Source: a virus (lineage: Duplodnaviria > Caudoviricetes). Taken from it: 25,074 nt of DNA. The notes beneath the pieces are model-generated. The model saw only the letters and a program-made list of their open reading frames with translations. It did not search any database and was not told the DNA's origin. Below, in pieces: positions 25,050-25,074 of the stretch. The translations under genes and the position numbers were made by a program. The stretch is taken from positions 1 through 25,074 of the IMG/VR virus record IMGVR_UViG_3300037440_000020, one strand, 5' to 3'. Positions within the stretch are counted from its first letter, which is position 1, and every line of letters starts with the position of its first letter.

Positions 25050-25074
25050 ATTTTCCTCATAAGGTTCGTCTGGA
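25047..25074 (-). CDS. Probable 3' end of an upstream gene (...PDEPYEEN*), truncated by the window
   Basis: Open frame ending TAA directly before the mini-ORF ATG; only 8 codons are visible. Confidence 0.35.

Noticed and set aside
1-25074. tRNA/rRNA genes, integrase, or a repeated phage RNA-polymerase promoter
   Set aside because: After adding the small hand-translated ORFs, no intergenic gap is large enough for a tRNA, and no integrase motif or repeated promoter consensus was seen.
1-25074. Restriction-site avoidance or unusual CTAG/GATC abundance
   Set aside because: GATC, GANTC and CTAG all occur often by eye, but observed/expected k-mer counts cannot be done reliably without computation.

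Overview
This window is part of a lytic, fairly AT-rich podovirus-type phage genome with two convergent, densely packed gene arms that meet at a bidirectional intrinsic terminator (~10532-10582). The + arm (1-10530) carries DNA and nucleotide metabolism genes: Cas4-like PD-(D/E)XK nuclease, endonuclease VII, metallophosphoesterase, MazG, monomeric class II (B12-dependent) ribonucleotide reductase, DUF5664-type dNTP diphosphohydrolase, a DUF4406/NDT-like protein and two AT-rich homing-type endonucleases. It also carries an unexpected four-gene envelope module: ExbB/MotA-like channel, ExbD/MotB-like Asp-helix partner, 2-TM protein and secreted ClpP-fold Ser-His protein. The - arm (10595-25074) carries tail tubular proteins, an S74-chaperoned tail fibre with a gp38-like tip protein, a GH19 endolysin with holin-like genes, and large internal/ejection-type proteins. 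The layout recalls Zobellviridae/cobavirus- and HMO-2011-like podoviruses, and the lysis genes suggest an alphaproteobacterial host (both inference). The main candidate novelties are: (1) the phage-encoded ion-motor-like module next to a secreted protease-fold protein; (2) a recurring mini-ORF/double-hairpin element with compensatory base changes ahead of two structural genes; (3) two basic proteins flanking the endolysin that share a C-terminal SQVTPGxWK tag. All family assignments come from motifs recognised by eye; no database search was run.
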